The translations under genes were made by a program, and so were the position numbers. Positions 34,506-48,125 of a stretch of DNA of 64,000 nucleotides are shown in pieces. The notes beneath the pieces are model-generated. The model saw only the letters and a program-made list of their open reading frames with translations. It ran no database searches and was not told where the DNA came from. Positions within the stretch are counted from its first letter, which is position 1. Each line of letters begins with the position of its first letter. Source of the stretch: Schmidtea nova (taxonomy: Eukaryota); contig CM097884.1 in NCBI GenBank assembly GCA_044892505.1, positions 140,306,001-140,370,000 on the forward strand, given 5' to 3'.

Positions 34506-36864
34506 ATCAATGCTTTCAACAATCCTACAATTATCCTCAAAACTATATAGGCGAAACTCAAAATTCGCTTAATCCGATTGCTGTTTATTTTATACCAATT
34601 CAATTATCTAGCATACCGTATCGATCAGTTTTCCTTTTCAATTTATTTTGGGGAATCTTGCCAATTTCGCAAGTAATTTAATTTTTCTTTATTTCTGATT
34701 TTTTTAATCAATTTACTTCCTATCCGATTTAGTTAGCCCTATCTCTGTTCAGGATGAATGTGCAATCAGGGACAAATGCCACAGATATCTTCTCGTGGGA
34801 TATCCTGTTTTCAGTAAGTTTGGAAATTGCTGTATTACTTTATTAAGAAATGGTTCTAATTAGATTCAGCCGATCAATAAACACAAAAGAAAAATTTTCC
34901 TACCTCAGAAGCCCATAACGGCACCTGAAATATCATCAATTTCGTGCTCTTAGGAATGGTTTTAATTCGTACAGTACATAGGATATTTCTTCCAGCAGGA
35001 TTTCGTGGAGTTAACCTTCACACTGCCAAGAAAAGCGGAACTGATACAAATTCGCAACTTATGTGGAGTTTAATTGACTGAAGATACACATTTTTATTTT
35101 AAGTAAAACATTCATTTTTTCGTTTCGTTTTAAATTTTTTAAACTTAGTTTTAACATTTAAAGCTTTCTAATATTATGTGATTCGTTTCATGTATTTCAC
35201 TTTAGCGTTTTGGAAATGCCGGTATTGTCTGGTCATTATTATACCTCCCATATGGCGGTATATTCTTTTAATTCAAAGTTAATACTCGTAATTTGCGTTT
35301 TTATTCTTGAGTTTGGAGTTTCACTACTATTCAATGGCATATAATGAGAAATTTTGCAAAAGTTAAGTTAGACTACATTTTAATATCCTTCCTTCTGCTA
35401 AATTCTTAATTCTGACTTCAATATTATGAGGGTTTAGGTAAAATTTGAATTGCAGATTGATACAGAACTCAATTTCAATGATTATTTTAGGGTTAGGTTA
35501 AATAGTGGACGTTGAATGAAATACCTTAGGGAATCGGATATTATTTATTGTAATGTGGATTGTTCTAGCAATGCAAACGAGTGGATTTTTATGGCAATTT
35601 ACTGGATGAGGTGATGCTGTTTGTATGTGACTGTAAGTTGGATAAAATGTTAAGTGAAACAAGTAATTGATCGATGGGATAAAGTGAGTGCTTGTGCAAA
35701 TTCTAGATGTATGATACAGATGGGTACCATTGAGTGAAACATTGTAGTGTATGTATTGGTAACTGAATGGATTGTCTAGAATGTTATTGAACGATATCGG
35801 TGTAATTTAATGCAAAGATTGTTTTATTGGTGGTTTTGGGTTTTTGGGTGGGGAATTTATAAAAAAGGGTTTGTATACATGAATTAATTTTCTAATTTTC
35901 GGAAATAATAAATTAAATTTTAACATTTAAAAAAAATTTCTTAATACCTAAATTGGGAATTTTATGAAGTTGTATATTTATAAATTGATTTTTACGATTT
36001 TATAAAATAATAATTTGACTTAAATTAAATTAAATTTTCCTAAAATAATTAATTCAGAATTTTATGAATTTGTACAATGATAAAATTTTTCTATTTATTA
36101 TTTTCGATGTGGATCATAAACCATTTAAATTTTATATGATTCTTAAATTTAAAAAAAATTTCTATATAATAATTAATATAAATAAAATTTTCTAAATAAA
36201 ATAAAAATAAAATAAATAAATCCAAATTATATAAAATTACACAAAATTTATAATAAGATTCTGGAATTGTAATTTTTTCACAGGAAATCGAATCTATTGA
36301 ACTAAAATTTTTATAAAATTATACAAGTTTCAAATTAAGGATCTTCATTCAATTAACATTCAAAATCAACATCAACATACAAATAAATAAATTATCATCA
36401 CTACAACTATTATAACCCAATATATTCCTAACTCAACCCTTCCAACAACTAGTTAGANNNNNNNNNNNNNNNNNNNNNNNNNNNNNNNNNNNNNNNNNNN
36501 NNNNNNNNNNNNNNNNNNNNNNNNNNNNNNNNNNNNNNNNNNNNNNNNNNNNNNNNNNNNNNNNNNNNNNNNNNNNNNNNNNNNNNNNNNNNNNNNNNNN
36601 NNNNNNNNNNNNNNNNNNNNNNNNNNNNNNNNNNNNNNNNNNNNNNNNNNNNNNNNNNNNNNNNNNNNNNNNNNNNNNNNNNNNNNNNNNNNNNNNNNNN
36701 NNNNNNNNNNNNNNNNNNNNNNNNNNNNNNNNNNNNNNNNNNNNNNNNNNNNNNNNNNNNNNNNNNNNNNNNNNNNNNNNNNNNNNNNNNNNNNNNNNNN
36801 NNNNNNNNNNNNNNNNNNNNNNNNNNNNNNNNNNNNNNNNNNNNNNNNNNNNNNNNNNNNNNNN

Positions 36865-37042
36865 ACTATAGATCAAAATTTTTTTTTTATAAACAATAAC
36901 ACAATATTTCGGCACAGCCTTTATCAAGTGTGTATTGATAAAGGCTGTGCCGAAATATTGTGTTATTGTTTATAAAAAAAAAATTTTGATCTATAGTCAT
37001 TATGAGAATTATTGATAATAATAATAAAAAAAGATCAAAGGT
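36865..37042. repeat. Perfect fold-back palindrome
   Basis: 63-bp visible arms (36865-36927 and 36935-36997) around a 7-nt loop GTGTGTA. The left arm runs into N. Confidence 0.9.
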
Positions 37043-37244
37043 NNNNNNNNNNNNNNNNNNNNNNNNNNNNNNNNNNNNNNNNNNNNNNNNNNNNNNNNNN
37101 NNNNNNNNNNNNNNNNNNNNNNNNNNNNNNNNNNNNNNNNNNNNNNNNNNNNNNNNNNNNNNNNNNNNNNNNNNNNNNNNNNNNNNNNNNNNNNNNNNNN
37201 NNNNNNNNNNNNNNNNNNNNNNNNNNNNNNNNNNNNNNNCAGAG

Positions 37245-37900
37245 ATGACGGGCAGACTCTCCAATGTATATGGCATTACACCCATTACATGAAAATTGAT
37301 ACACGAATTCAGAACAAAAACCAACTGGCGTTGGACATTTATTAGTGAACATACTGCTAACTTTGCAAGATGTGGAAACAATTCTAAATTGATCCTTGTT
37401 TACCAGTTTGAGAATCTTATGCTTAAATTCTCTGAAGTTCTCAGAATAATACAATACCAACACATTTCAGCTCAGTGCGATTAGATAGATTTTTTGTCAC
37501 TTTCCGCAAATAACAAAGTACTTTCATCAGAATTAATAGGCACCTTATATCAATACAAACTCACACCAAGGTCATTAGCATTCAACATTAATTTATCCAC
37601 AGTGGCTTTTGTCATTTTCTCAAGAAAAGATTTAGAGTAGCCATTTTTTAGTAACAATTCAACCAAAACGTCGATACTTTTTACATAATTAACAAACGTA
37701 GAAGATAAAGACCAAGAGTAAAAGACCAATTCTATGACTATATTTCCTTTATATTTAAATTCACAAAAACTCTCAGGCGTAGCATACAGGTCAGTATCAG
37801 TCGACTTTCTATATATTTCAGTCTCATAATGTTTCAGCTTGCGTTGAATGAGTAAATTCAAAAATGCAATCGATGACATTTTTCTTCCTCGCACGTGAAT
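37245..37900 (-). mobile_element. Penelope-like element fragment (RT thumb plus GIY-YIG endonuclease)
   Basis: TEIYRKSTDTDLY...LLKNGYSKSFL followed by VYQFSCNGCNAIYIGESARHL. Confidence 0.85.
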
Positions 37901-40900
37901 TTAATGTACTTCAAAAACGCCTCTACATGTTTTCNNNNNNNNNNNNNNNNNNNNNNNNNNNNNNNNNNNNNNNNNNNNNNNNNNNNNNNNNNNNNNNNNN
38001 NNNNNNNNNNNNNNNNNNNNNNNNNNNNNNNNNNNNNNNNNNNNNNNNNNNNNNNNNNNNNNNNNNNNNNNNNNNNNNNNNNNNNNNNNNNNNNNNNNNN
38101 NNNNNNNNNNNNNNNNNNNNNNNNNNNNNNNNNNNNNNNNNNNNNNNNNNNNNNNNNNNNNNNNNNNNNNNNNNTGTTAATATTATTATTACTATTATCA
38201 TTATTATCATTATTATAATTATTATTATAAATTCGTAATTTGCTTTTGAAGTGCTTCCACTTTTGTTAATTGCTCTTCAAGAGCTACTGACGACCTTAAA
38301 ATAACTTCGCTAAACACCTGTCAGTGTTAAATCAACAACAATAAAAAATAAATATAAAATAATTAATTAGCCCCTAGAGGGCTTAATCAATTATTAATTT
38401 ATATATATATATACAACAGTGTAATGTTAAATTGAAATTGATACCCCATTTATATTTATAATATATTTAAAAATGACTTTTTTTATAAAGTTCATGATTT
38501 ACAATTAGAGGAAAATTCCATGAAATATTCGCCAATGTTGACCACCAGAAAGCAAACAGCAAAAGTATTTATTTTGTGAAAGTACCATTGAAAAATACAA
38601 GCATTCAAACAAATGAATTCAAGTGTTACATTGACAGTATTTTGTGGACTATTCAATAACACTTCAACCCCTATAATATCTACTCAAAAACAACTTAATA
38701 TAATATTTATTCACTCGCATTTCATCACATTCAAATGCTATCTTAATAATAAGTATAAATCAAGATTTTTTATTTTAATTTTTCAATAATATAGGAAATT
38801 AATTTTTTTTTCAAAGTATAACGACTTTTTTTCTATCGGGACTAAAAAGTAATTAAATTCCAAACACATTCAATTGAAATATCAAATCATTAATAAAGGT
38901 AAATGAATTTTTATTGCCATACTCAAAAGATCGAATGAAATAGATGAACTGAATTATCGGATTAGATTGATAAAAGTAGAGATTATTGAATAAATATATA
39001 ATAAATATGAGAAGTTAGAAGTTATTAATGTGAGTGAATTTGAAAAATGTTACTGATAATATATCTTGTTTCCTATTCGCCATATCATAGGCCGTCCATT
39101 TCAATGGCGCCTTCATAAATAGTGCATCGGATGATGATAAATTTACAATACCAAATAGAATTGTCGAGACAAAAATTTTTGTTATCGAAGCTTAACTTAT
39201 TTAAGTTGCTTTTAATAAAATGTTGAACGTTTACTCGTAACAGCTTATCATAGTAAATAAAAAAGAACAAATTTTGACGGTTAATATTTCCGGAAATCTT
39301 CTATATATACAAATAATAAAAATAGTTATTTATAAAGCATGTCTGAACATAGGAACTGACTATAGTATTCGAGTTTATACGTCCATTACTTATACCCGAG
39401 AAATGAACACAAAACAATTTGTTTATCAATAGACAAGTTTTACTATCTCTGTCCTGGGCATGGAAGTCAATGTCAAATATCTATAAAAATTGAGAAGTCA
39501 TATTCATGAGTCGTATGGGGAAATGAGAACACGGTGCCAGGGGAGTTGTTCCCACTATATTTTTGATCATATCTTTTTCAAATATAATATTTTTTCAGAT
39601 TATAGTTTATTTATATAATTTTTTAAAAATTATATTTTTTTTATTTTTTTTGGTGAATTTTTTTTGTCGAGTATTTTTTATAGAGTATTTTTTATCGACT
39701 AATTTTGCCCNNNNNNNNNNNNNNNNNNNNNNNNNNNNNNNNNNNNNNNNNNNNNNNNNNNNNNNNNNNNNNNNNNNNNNNNNNNNNNNNNNNNNNNNNN
39801 NNNNNNNNNNNNNNNNNNNNNNNNNNNNNNNNNNNNNNNNNNNNNNNNNNNNNNNNNNNNNNNNNNNNNNNNNNNNAATTATTATTTACATTTATTGGGG
39901 AATTGCCTGCATTTTCATCCTAATCAATTACTCTGTCACCCTTTCATCCATAAATCGTTATTTGAAATACATGTGAAATGATTCATGTCATTGTTAATTG
40001 TTACTATTAATACATCAGTTTTGTTGATTATGACAAAGGAGTGAATATAGATTGTTTATTTTTACTGATTTTAAGTGGTGGAAGCAAAACAATTCATTTA
40101 ATCTGTTAAGTATATTTTAATCAAAATAGATCCTTGTATTAGAAATAAAAACCTTACTCGTATAAAAATATCGAGAATAGGCGTAATGATGTTACAGGTT
40201 CAAATATACAGTATTAGAAAGTGTTATGTTTTTACTTTTGTAGTGACATATAAATAATAATTAGTTTAAAATAAATATAAATGGAATTGTTAATGGAAAA
40301 TTACTACAAAGCTTACTAAAATTCCATAAAAGTTTTTCATTCAGTCAAAATTTACCAACAAATATTATTAAAAAACGACGAGATAAAAGGAAATAATTGT
40401 GAATTTTGAACTTAATGTTTTGAATGAAAACAAACCTTGGAATTATTTAGAATAGATTTTTCCAACAAGCTTGCAACTGATAAAGCCATGTGAGTACACC
40501 TTCCACCAATTCCTGTAGAAGACGCATTAATTTTCACTGGCATTTCACCTCCAATTAACAAACAGATTCCATCATAAACTTTGTTAGTTGCAAATAATTC
40601 CAAAAGATTATTTAGTGCCAACGAATTAAGATTTAATTCATGTGCAAAAGAATATAAATTTTGACGTATTTCTGAATGGTAGAAAAAAGTTGAAAATTTG
40701 AAATCTTTATTATTTTAACTTTAAATTTAGCTCAATTCGTATTTAAACTTCATTTGATAAAAGTTAAGGAATATATTAGAGCTTAATAAGAATTTAACTT
40801 TATTTAGTATCAACACTCAAATTTAGGAATTTTGTGACAACAGTCAGAGTCTAAGACAACTGAGTATGTTAGAATGTTTTTTTAGTTTAAAAAATTGACA

Positions 40901-40994
40901 ATAAATATTTATTACTGGAAATTCATTTTTTGAGTATAAAACCTAAATATTGATCGCTTCATTTATTATGAACGAGTGAGTTTGATATATCAGT

Positions 40995-41400
40995 AGAATG
41001 ACCATCTGCGCAGTTTTTGTCGGGACAGTAAATGTTTTACAATTTCTCGGGTTTTCGGCCAGGACAGCATTTGTTCCAAATTTTAAATATTGAAAAATCT
41101 TTTTGTTTTTTTTAGTGCAAAAAATTCATTCAATAATTAATTATGACATGTTTATCGATGAGTTATTGCTAATGAAATCATTTACGGAAGAAACGATTTC
41201 GCGGTGGAATACTCAAAAAAATTTAGATGAATCTTTTCATCCATTAGCGTAAGCAACGAAAATGTTTTGGTTGGAGAAGCTAGCAGGATATGCATTTTGC
41301 TTGTCTGGAACTTCAACTGAAGTGGAAAGAATTTCCTCGCTAGTATATCGAGCATGGGAAGATCAAAAAATGGTTTATAGAATCAATTGATACTTAGCTT
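40995..41400 (+). mobile_element. hAT remnant (TAGGGTGACCAT-type end plus hATC fragment)
   Basis: tagaatgaccat...cgggacagt terminus-like motif, and SGTSTEVERISS resembling the TS...ERxFS motif. Confidence 0.5.
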
Positions 41401-41791
41401 ATAATTTAATATAATCCAAATAAAACTTGTATACAATTTCATATTGATATTCAGCAAATCGTGGATTTTTCGAAAAAAACAATGAATTCTGCATAGAAGT
41501 ATGTGTAATAAAGGAAGAAAAATTACTTTGAAATCTTTAAAAAAATATCAAAATTTTGGTTTCGTTTAGATTTTTGAAATTAATCTTTACTATTTTGAAA
41601 ACCGTAATTTTTAAAAAGTTGTTCATAATTCTAAATTAGCAACACATTTGAATTACCAATAATCATAAAGCAATGATTTACCAATCAATTTATTGAGAAC
41701 TTGTTCAGTGCAAATAGTTCTTAACGAACATAAATCAATATTGCTACATGCTGTAGTGCTTTCATATTCAAAATATAGAAATAGGAGTGTT

Positions 41792-41815
41792 TTAACACTA
41801 GATTTACGGACTGAG
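41792..41815 (+). mobile_element. Orphan piggyBac left TIR
   Basis: TTAA plus CACTAGATTTACGG, the same TIR type as at 4635. Confidence 0.6.
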
Positions 41816-42127
41816 CCAATTATTATTTTTTAAAACATGTTACATTTTAGTTTTTTAATGAAATATATGTAAATATTAATTTCGTATCGTCGGATGTGGT
41901 ATATCTATTTTAACGGCTATGAGCCGACTTGAATTATAAAATGATTTAGCAGTTAATCGTTTTAAAAAGATGAAATAAATGGTTTTCATAAGTAATCTTC
42001 TTACCAGAATTCTTCAAACTAACTGAAGCGTAAACATTCATTTGCAATCTTGTCAATTTATCAACCGGTCTCTTTTATTATATTGCATTATACATCGCGC
42101 GTGAACAGGATATTTTTAGTGAAATTA

Positions 42128-42360
42128 TATTGGGTGTATAACTTAGTTTTTTGGATTTTATAAGAGATGACCTAAATCTTGTAGTTAACATTCTTTTACA
42201 ATGACACCTACGGCGATTTTAATGGTTGAAATTCCGCATTAAAATTAAGTATTTCATTATTCGTGAAAGCGTAAACAACATATTTTTAATCCTGTCGAAT
42301 TTCGTACCAACAAAGCAGCATTTGCAGGAGGCTTTCCTTTTTTGCTTTAATCAAAAATTA
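42128..42360 (+). mobile_element. Mos1-like mariner 5' fragment
   Basis: TIR-like attgggtgtataac, and SNFVPTKQHLQEAFLFCFNQK resembling the Mos1 N-terminus. Confidence 0.6.
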
Positions 42361-42965
42361 CCATTTCTAAGAAATAAACGTGTTTTTTTCCTAAAAAGCA
42401 AAATGCTAAGTTGCCCTAATAAAACCAATTGTTTATTTATAAAAGGTATTTTAATTGAGGTGCATTTTATATCTAATTACGTAGGGTTGCTATTATGGGG
42501 AAAAATAAGAAAAATTTTGCTTTTCCTAAAAAATATTAATCAGATAAAGAATCGAATGTAACTGATATTTAACTATGTACAAATCAAATTGAAATAAAGG
42601 AAGAAGTATATCTGAATTTTTTATCAGTGAAAATGATTTTTTTGTTATATAGATCAAAGCAAAAAAGAGGAAAGGTTATTTATGATTTTGAAACTGAAAG
42701 TGAATGACGGAATTTCAACCGAAAAATCTAATGATGGAACTTTAACGGAAAACATTTAAAGGAGGTAGAGATGTAGGCAGACCCGGATTTAAGGGGATTA
42801 GAGCGATTGGGGGCTTGAAGGGACCCGCATCACCATCAAAATTAACAAAAAGTTATTTTTCGAAATTTAATGCAAATTGCTTTTGACGTTAAAGGATAAA
42901 TTAGAAGTTTTCAAATAAATATATTTATTTTAAGTTCACATTGGTGGAATGAGATTTATTATTGT

Positions 42966-43038
<73 letters not shown>

Positions 43039-43087
43039 ATAGAAAACGAATACCCATAAGTGTCGTTTTTCACTAACGTTTAATTGA

Positions 43088-43900
43088 CCCTTTGACCAAT
43101 ATCGGGACATATGTGTCCCAGTCAAATTTTAAAAAATATAGATGCCTTATTCTCTGTGCTATTACAACCAACGCTTGTCCCACTCGTGTTTATAGTATTT
43201 TCGACTAGTTTCGTCTATACTCGTTAATATACATTCTGCCGGCTAGTAAATGTAAGATTTTATTTCATTCGTTGTCACAGTTTACAGCATGTGCTTTGTT
43301 AAATAGTGATTATAATACCTAAATTATTGTTTATTTTGGAATTATTTATATCAAAAGGTAAGCACATTTATTTTTTTGTGTATATGTTTATATTTTTTTT
43401 ATAAAACTGCATGCAATAATAGTTTTTGCCTTACATTTAGTTACATTTTTAGTGGGACTTATATGTCCCAACAGTGGCAACTGCAATGTTACAACTTTTT
43501 TATCTTTTTTATTTGCAGTATGGGTGAAAAATATCTAAGCGAAAAAGAATTAGAAGAAATTTTAAATTCATGGTCCTCTGAAATTGAGGACACTTTTCAC
43601 ACAACTGATGACGAGTCTGATAGCGATTTTGAACCTCCCGAGGCCAAGAGATCAAAAAGAAATGTGCTACACCAGCAAGATTGAGATGAAAGCGGAACTG
43701 ATTATTCTACAAATAGTGATTTGGAATTGGAAGGTGATGAAAACACTGACCCTGCAGATAATATCGCTGATTCTAAGAAACAACAAAAAGCTAAAAGCAC
43801 AAGCACTACTATTCATTGGAACGACATAGAACAGATTGCCAACTTTCAACAAAAAAAGATTATGCCTCCTTCTCATGATGCAGTCGTTACAGCAAATTGA
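43088..43900 (+). mobile_element. piggyBac-like 5' fragment
   Basis: CCCTTT-type end, GGGACATATGTGTCCC subterminal palindromes, and an acidic N-terminal ORF MGEKYLSEKELEEIL...SDSDFEP with an internal stop. Confidence 0.55.
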
Positions 43901-43967
43901 ACCATAACATGATGGTGTCAAATGAATAACAATTATATGATTTTGCTTTTCATTCGCTGTTTAACCA

Positions 43968-44002
43968 TGGTAGAAGAGCGTGGTTCCCTTCGGGGGGCCA
44001 CG
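43968..44002 (+). promoter_or_regulatory. tRNA-iMet-like PBS folded into a UUCG hairpin
   Basis: TGGTAGAAGAGCGTGGTT directly after CA; CGTGGTTCCC-TTCG-GGGGGCCACG stem-loop. Confidence 0.6.
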
Positions 44003-44689
44003 TAAAAGTTTATGGAAGTATGCTTTGTTTTATTTTGTTTGTAAAATTTAAATTATTATTAAACATTCTCTTCCCTTCCCTAGGGTTATTTTGGATTCTT
44101 AAAAGGTTGAGGTATATACTATTAAGGGATCGAAAAAAGTGCTGCTATGGGCCCAGCACTCCTTTTATTTGAAAAATATGACTACACAGAAAGACTCTGT
44201 TGTTTTCTATAAATCCTTAACGAATGATTGGGAGGATAATTGTTCATTTAAATACTTCTTTGTTGAAAGTCAATTGAAATCTGGGGCTACGATGTTTTGT
44301 TTTAAGTGGACTCCATTTGATAGTACTATCTTCCTCAATTATTCAATTTATATGCGTTTTACTCGGCACACTCACATTCGTTTTTTGGGCATTAGTCATT
44401 GTTGCGCTGCGCTCGCTATGAAGTAGATGTAGTTTATTGTTATTTGCAGTTTGCATTTGCAGTTCTCTATTCTTCTTATCGTTTTAATTATTTTGTGACT
44501 ACAATTACTAATTGTTATTGTTAAAAAAGATAAGTACTAATTATGATCCATGACATTTGATTTATATATATATATATATTTGCATTTTTAAATATTTAAT
44601 ATATAGAGGGACACGCAAAAAAAAATCCAATCGAGCACCGCACTTATTGGATCCGGGTCTGGGTGTAGGTAGATTAAGATGTTATACTA

Positions 44690-45991
44690 CAGGATAAACC
44701 AATAAGTTTTTTCCGCTGCTCATACTCAGCTTTCCAATACTGTAATGAGTGTATAGGTCTGCAACTTTGTGTTTGTCTATGATATATATGTTGTAGATTT
44801 GTAAAATTAAAAGAATCACTTATTAATAATTTTTAACATTGCTATTAACTTTGATATGCTTACATGGATTAGGCACTTTTAATAAATTTCTTGTTTGACT
44901 GAAATACTTTTTGTTTTCATTAGAATACGTCGATTTGAAATGAATTTCGCACGAGAGGATATTCGCAAGTTAATCTACTACAATTGGAAATGTGGATTAG
45001 CGCCTTCCCAGATTGCAAATGAAATAAATTTGACACTGGGGAAGGACACAACAAATGAGCGCACTTGTCGACGCTGGGTTGCGAACATCAAGGAAGAAAA
45101 CTTTGATGTTGAAGACAAAGAGCGATGTTGGAGGCTTTCTCTTGATATCAACGACAAAATTCTAGCTATTTTGGAGGAGCAAAACAGTACTGTGGAAATG
45201 AGCGTGGAACTTGGAGTTTGTCAGCAGACAATTCAAAATCATCTGCTTGCAACGGGCATGAATTACCTGTGCAACAACTGGGTCCCACACAAGTTGTCCG
45301 AGCAACAAATGGCCAACCGTGAGAAAATATGCAACGAGCTGCTGTGCAAGTATTCTACTAATGACTTCCTCAGTCTTCTCATTACAATGGACGAAGTCTG
45401 GATCTATTGGAACAACGACGGAACCTATCACCACCCTGATGTGGAAGTTCGCCGCACACTCTCACCCAGGAAACATGTCATGTCCGTCTTTTGGGACTGT
45501 AAAGGTGTGATTATGATGGATATTCTGCCGCAGGGTGCTACAATCACTGCCGATGTTTACTGCGAACAGCTGTTCCGTCTGGTGACGGCAATACAACAAA
45601 AGCGACGCGGTGACGGTTGGTTTTGGTGGTGGGTTTCATCAAATTCACTATCTCTACGACAATGCACGACCCCGTACGGCAGCCAAATCTGTGCAAAATT
45701 TTACGACACTGGTTTTACTGTTCTGCCACATCCCCCTTACTCTCCATACCTCGCAACATCCGATTTTTATTTGTTTTTCCCTTTGAAAGAGATTTCAACG
45801 GAGTTGATGAAATTCAAGTGGTTCTGGAAGCTTGGTTGGACAGTAAACCACGCAGCTTCTTCGCCGATGGAATGAGAAAACTGCCAGATCGATGGTGCAT
45901 ATTTTGAACATCTCGGACACAGATGATTGACATTTTTGATGTTTTGAAATTTATACATGTTTCACCGAACAAAACTTATTGGTTAATCCTG
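44690..45991 (+). mobile_element. Full-length (1302 bp) defective mariner
   Basis: TA TSDs; TIRs CAGGATAAACCAATAAGTTTT and AAAACTTATTGGTTAATCCTG. Confidence 0.92.
44940..45875 (+). pseudogene. mariner (DD34D-type) transposase, frameshifted
   Basis: HTH region, WVPHKL and ITMDEVW in frame. DNARP lies in another frame near 45655, and YSPYLATSDF follows. Confidence 0.9.
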
Positions 45992-46275
45992 TATATCCAA
46001 AGAGGTTTCAAGTCAAACTGCCTATACTAAAATGCATATTTTGTTTGATTAGGTAAGTAGCGCTCTCAAATTAATAATTGACGGGCGTATGATAAAATTT
46101 ATAAAATCATGTACTCGTAAAGTTTAGAATAAGGAATGATCAGTTACAAAATCACAATTATGGACCTTTGAAGCAGTTTTGTAAAAATTTTAATATTCAT
46201 ATCACTGTTCTGCGTTGAGGGGTCAAGCTTTTTCCTAAAAACAATGTCTAGACATTTTATAGACAATTTATAGAC

Positions 46276-46570
46276 ATGCTTCGGTTCGTACGTTTCGATA
46301 AAAAAAATGAAAGCAGTGAAAGACTGAAAACAGATAAAGCTGCCTTGATTTCAAAAATATGGGACACATTTATAGAGAATAGCAAGGTTTGTTATAAATG
46401 TGACAAAAACATAACAATCGATGAGCAATCGTTCCCAAATAAAGGTAGATGCCGATTATCACAAAATATGCTAAATAAGTCTGATAAATTTGGCATCAAA
46501 TTTTGACTGGCATTCGATATTAGAAATAAGAATCTTGTAAATGACTTTTTATACTTCGGCAAGGATGAAA
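46276..46570 (+). pseudogene. piggyBac transposase core fragment
   Basis: LRFVRFD...TDK..LIS..W...TIDEQ...KGRC...KSDKFGIKF; same family as 5387-6292. Confidence 0.85.
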
Positions 46571-47018
46571 TCAGAAGATCGAACATTCCCCGAGCATTTT
46601 TGTAGTGACTTAGCTTACAGAGTCATATTTAGGTTGTGGATGAAGTAAAACCACAGACAATTTTTATATTTTGGTTTTTTTGTGTCTTAACATCACTTAA
46701 ATCATATAGTTTTCCCGGCAATAATAACTGCCGTCTTAATTGACTTCCAGTCAACCTCAAGCTCCTAATATTGTTTCGTTATAATGGCTTATGACATTTT
46801 TACTATTTTAACATTTGCATTTCGATACTAATTTTACTTAATTTTGATTCTTTTCTTATTAACTTATTTTGTAATTTAGAAAGCTTTAATTTGTATTCTA
46901 ATCGAGAATTTATGAAATATTTCATTCGCTCTATCATATCATAAAAAATCTTCTGATATCCTGTTGAAATATTGATTAGACAAAATATTTAATTTGCTTA
47001 CTACTACTACTACTACTA

Positions 47019-48125
47019 CAGTGCTCAACATAATTATAACCGCTTTTGATTTTATAAAATATCTATGTGCTAAATAAGGTAATTCGTGAAATCGTTTTTA
47101 TTATCATCTATCATGTAGCAATGAATAAATTTGTAATGTTGTCTATGGAAACATTTTTTCTTATTATAAAATATTTTAATATATTGTAAAAACACGTGTA
47201 GTTTTAGCGTAACAAAATTATAACGGCGGTTGCATTGATATTCGATTTCGCTTGTTTACACGCTTTTGACTCACATAATTGTATTTATTCTAAATTTTTA
47301 GTATCAGCCGTCATGCCACATGGTAAACAATTGTAGAAAAAAATTGTAAAACGTGTCCAAAAAAGAGAGCCAGACGAATTTCTAGATCAGATCGATACAT
47401 GTGCAACTTTTTGAGAAATCCTCAGTAGTATTATGTGAGAAGAGGAAGCTCTCGGAGCGTGCTCAGTGAAAAGTAGTTGATGTTGCCTCAAACACTTAAA
47501 AAAGGAGTTGAACCTTGATGCCTCTCATATGGCTATTTTGATAACACTTAAACGCAATTTAAAAATCATTATATCAAAGATCCGACTTGTTCCTTGTCTT
47601 AAGAATCGACATAAAGCAGCTAGATTTGATTTCTGTCGAGTCAACATGGGTAGCGATTGGGCTTAAGTAAGTTTTGCAATGAATTTCAGCCTTTCATGCA
47701 AATTCATGCAGTCTTCCCATATTTTTACTTTGCTAGGTAATATTTAGCGACGAAAAAAATTCAACTTGGATGGTCCTGATCGGTTGAACGGGTTTTGGCG
47801 TGACCCGCGTAAGGAACCCCTGTTTTTTTATCTCGCTAGAAGTTTTGTGGCGGTAGTGTTGTGGCATGGAGAGCCTTTTGCAAGGAAAAAAACACTTCCA
47901 TTGTCTTTCCCTTCGCCCAATATGGATAACGAGGATTATCAGTGCGTACTTCAAGAAAACCTCCTTCCATTTATTCAACATTATCGACGACGGGGGATGA
48001 TTTTTTAACAAGACAATGCCAGTAGAAGCACCAAAACTTGGCTGTTGGAGAAAAATATTGCCGTGTTGGATTGACAAGCTTGTTCGTCAGACTTGCAGCC
48101 CTATAGAAAACTTGTGGGGCATCTT
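47019..48125 (+). mobile_element. Tc3-like element remnant with intron
   Basis: TA plus CAGTG end, MPHGKQL start, IFSDEKKFNLDGPD...WRDPRKEP, QDNA, PIENLWG, and a GTAAGT...AG intron before the first catalytic D. Confidence 0.85.

Noticed and set aside
35480-35800. About 100-codon ATG-less open frame on the minus strand as a LINE endonuclease
   Set aside because: No APE motifs are recognisable, and C/A-rich composition can explain the lack of stops.
40412-40621. Minus-strand hAT CxxH-like fragment (RCTHMALSV)
   Set aside because: A single weak motif without supporting neighbours; insufficient to call.
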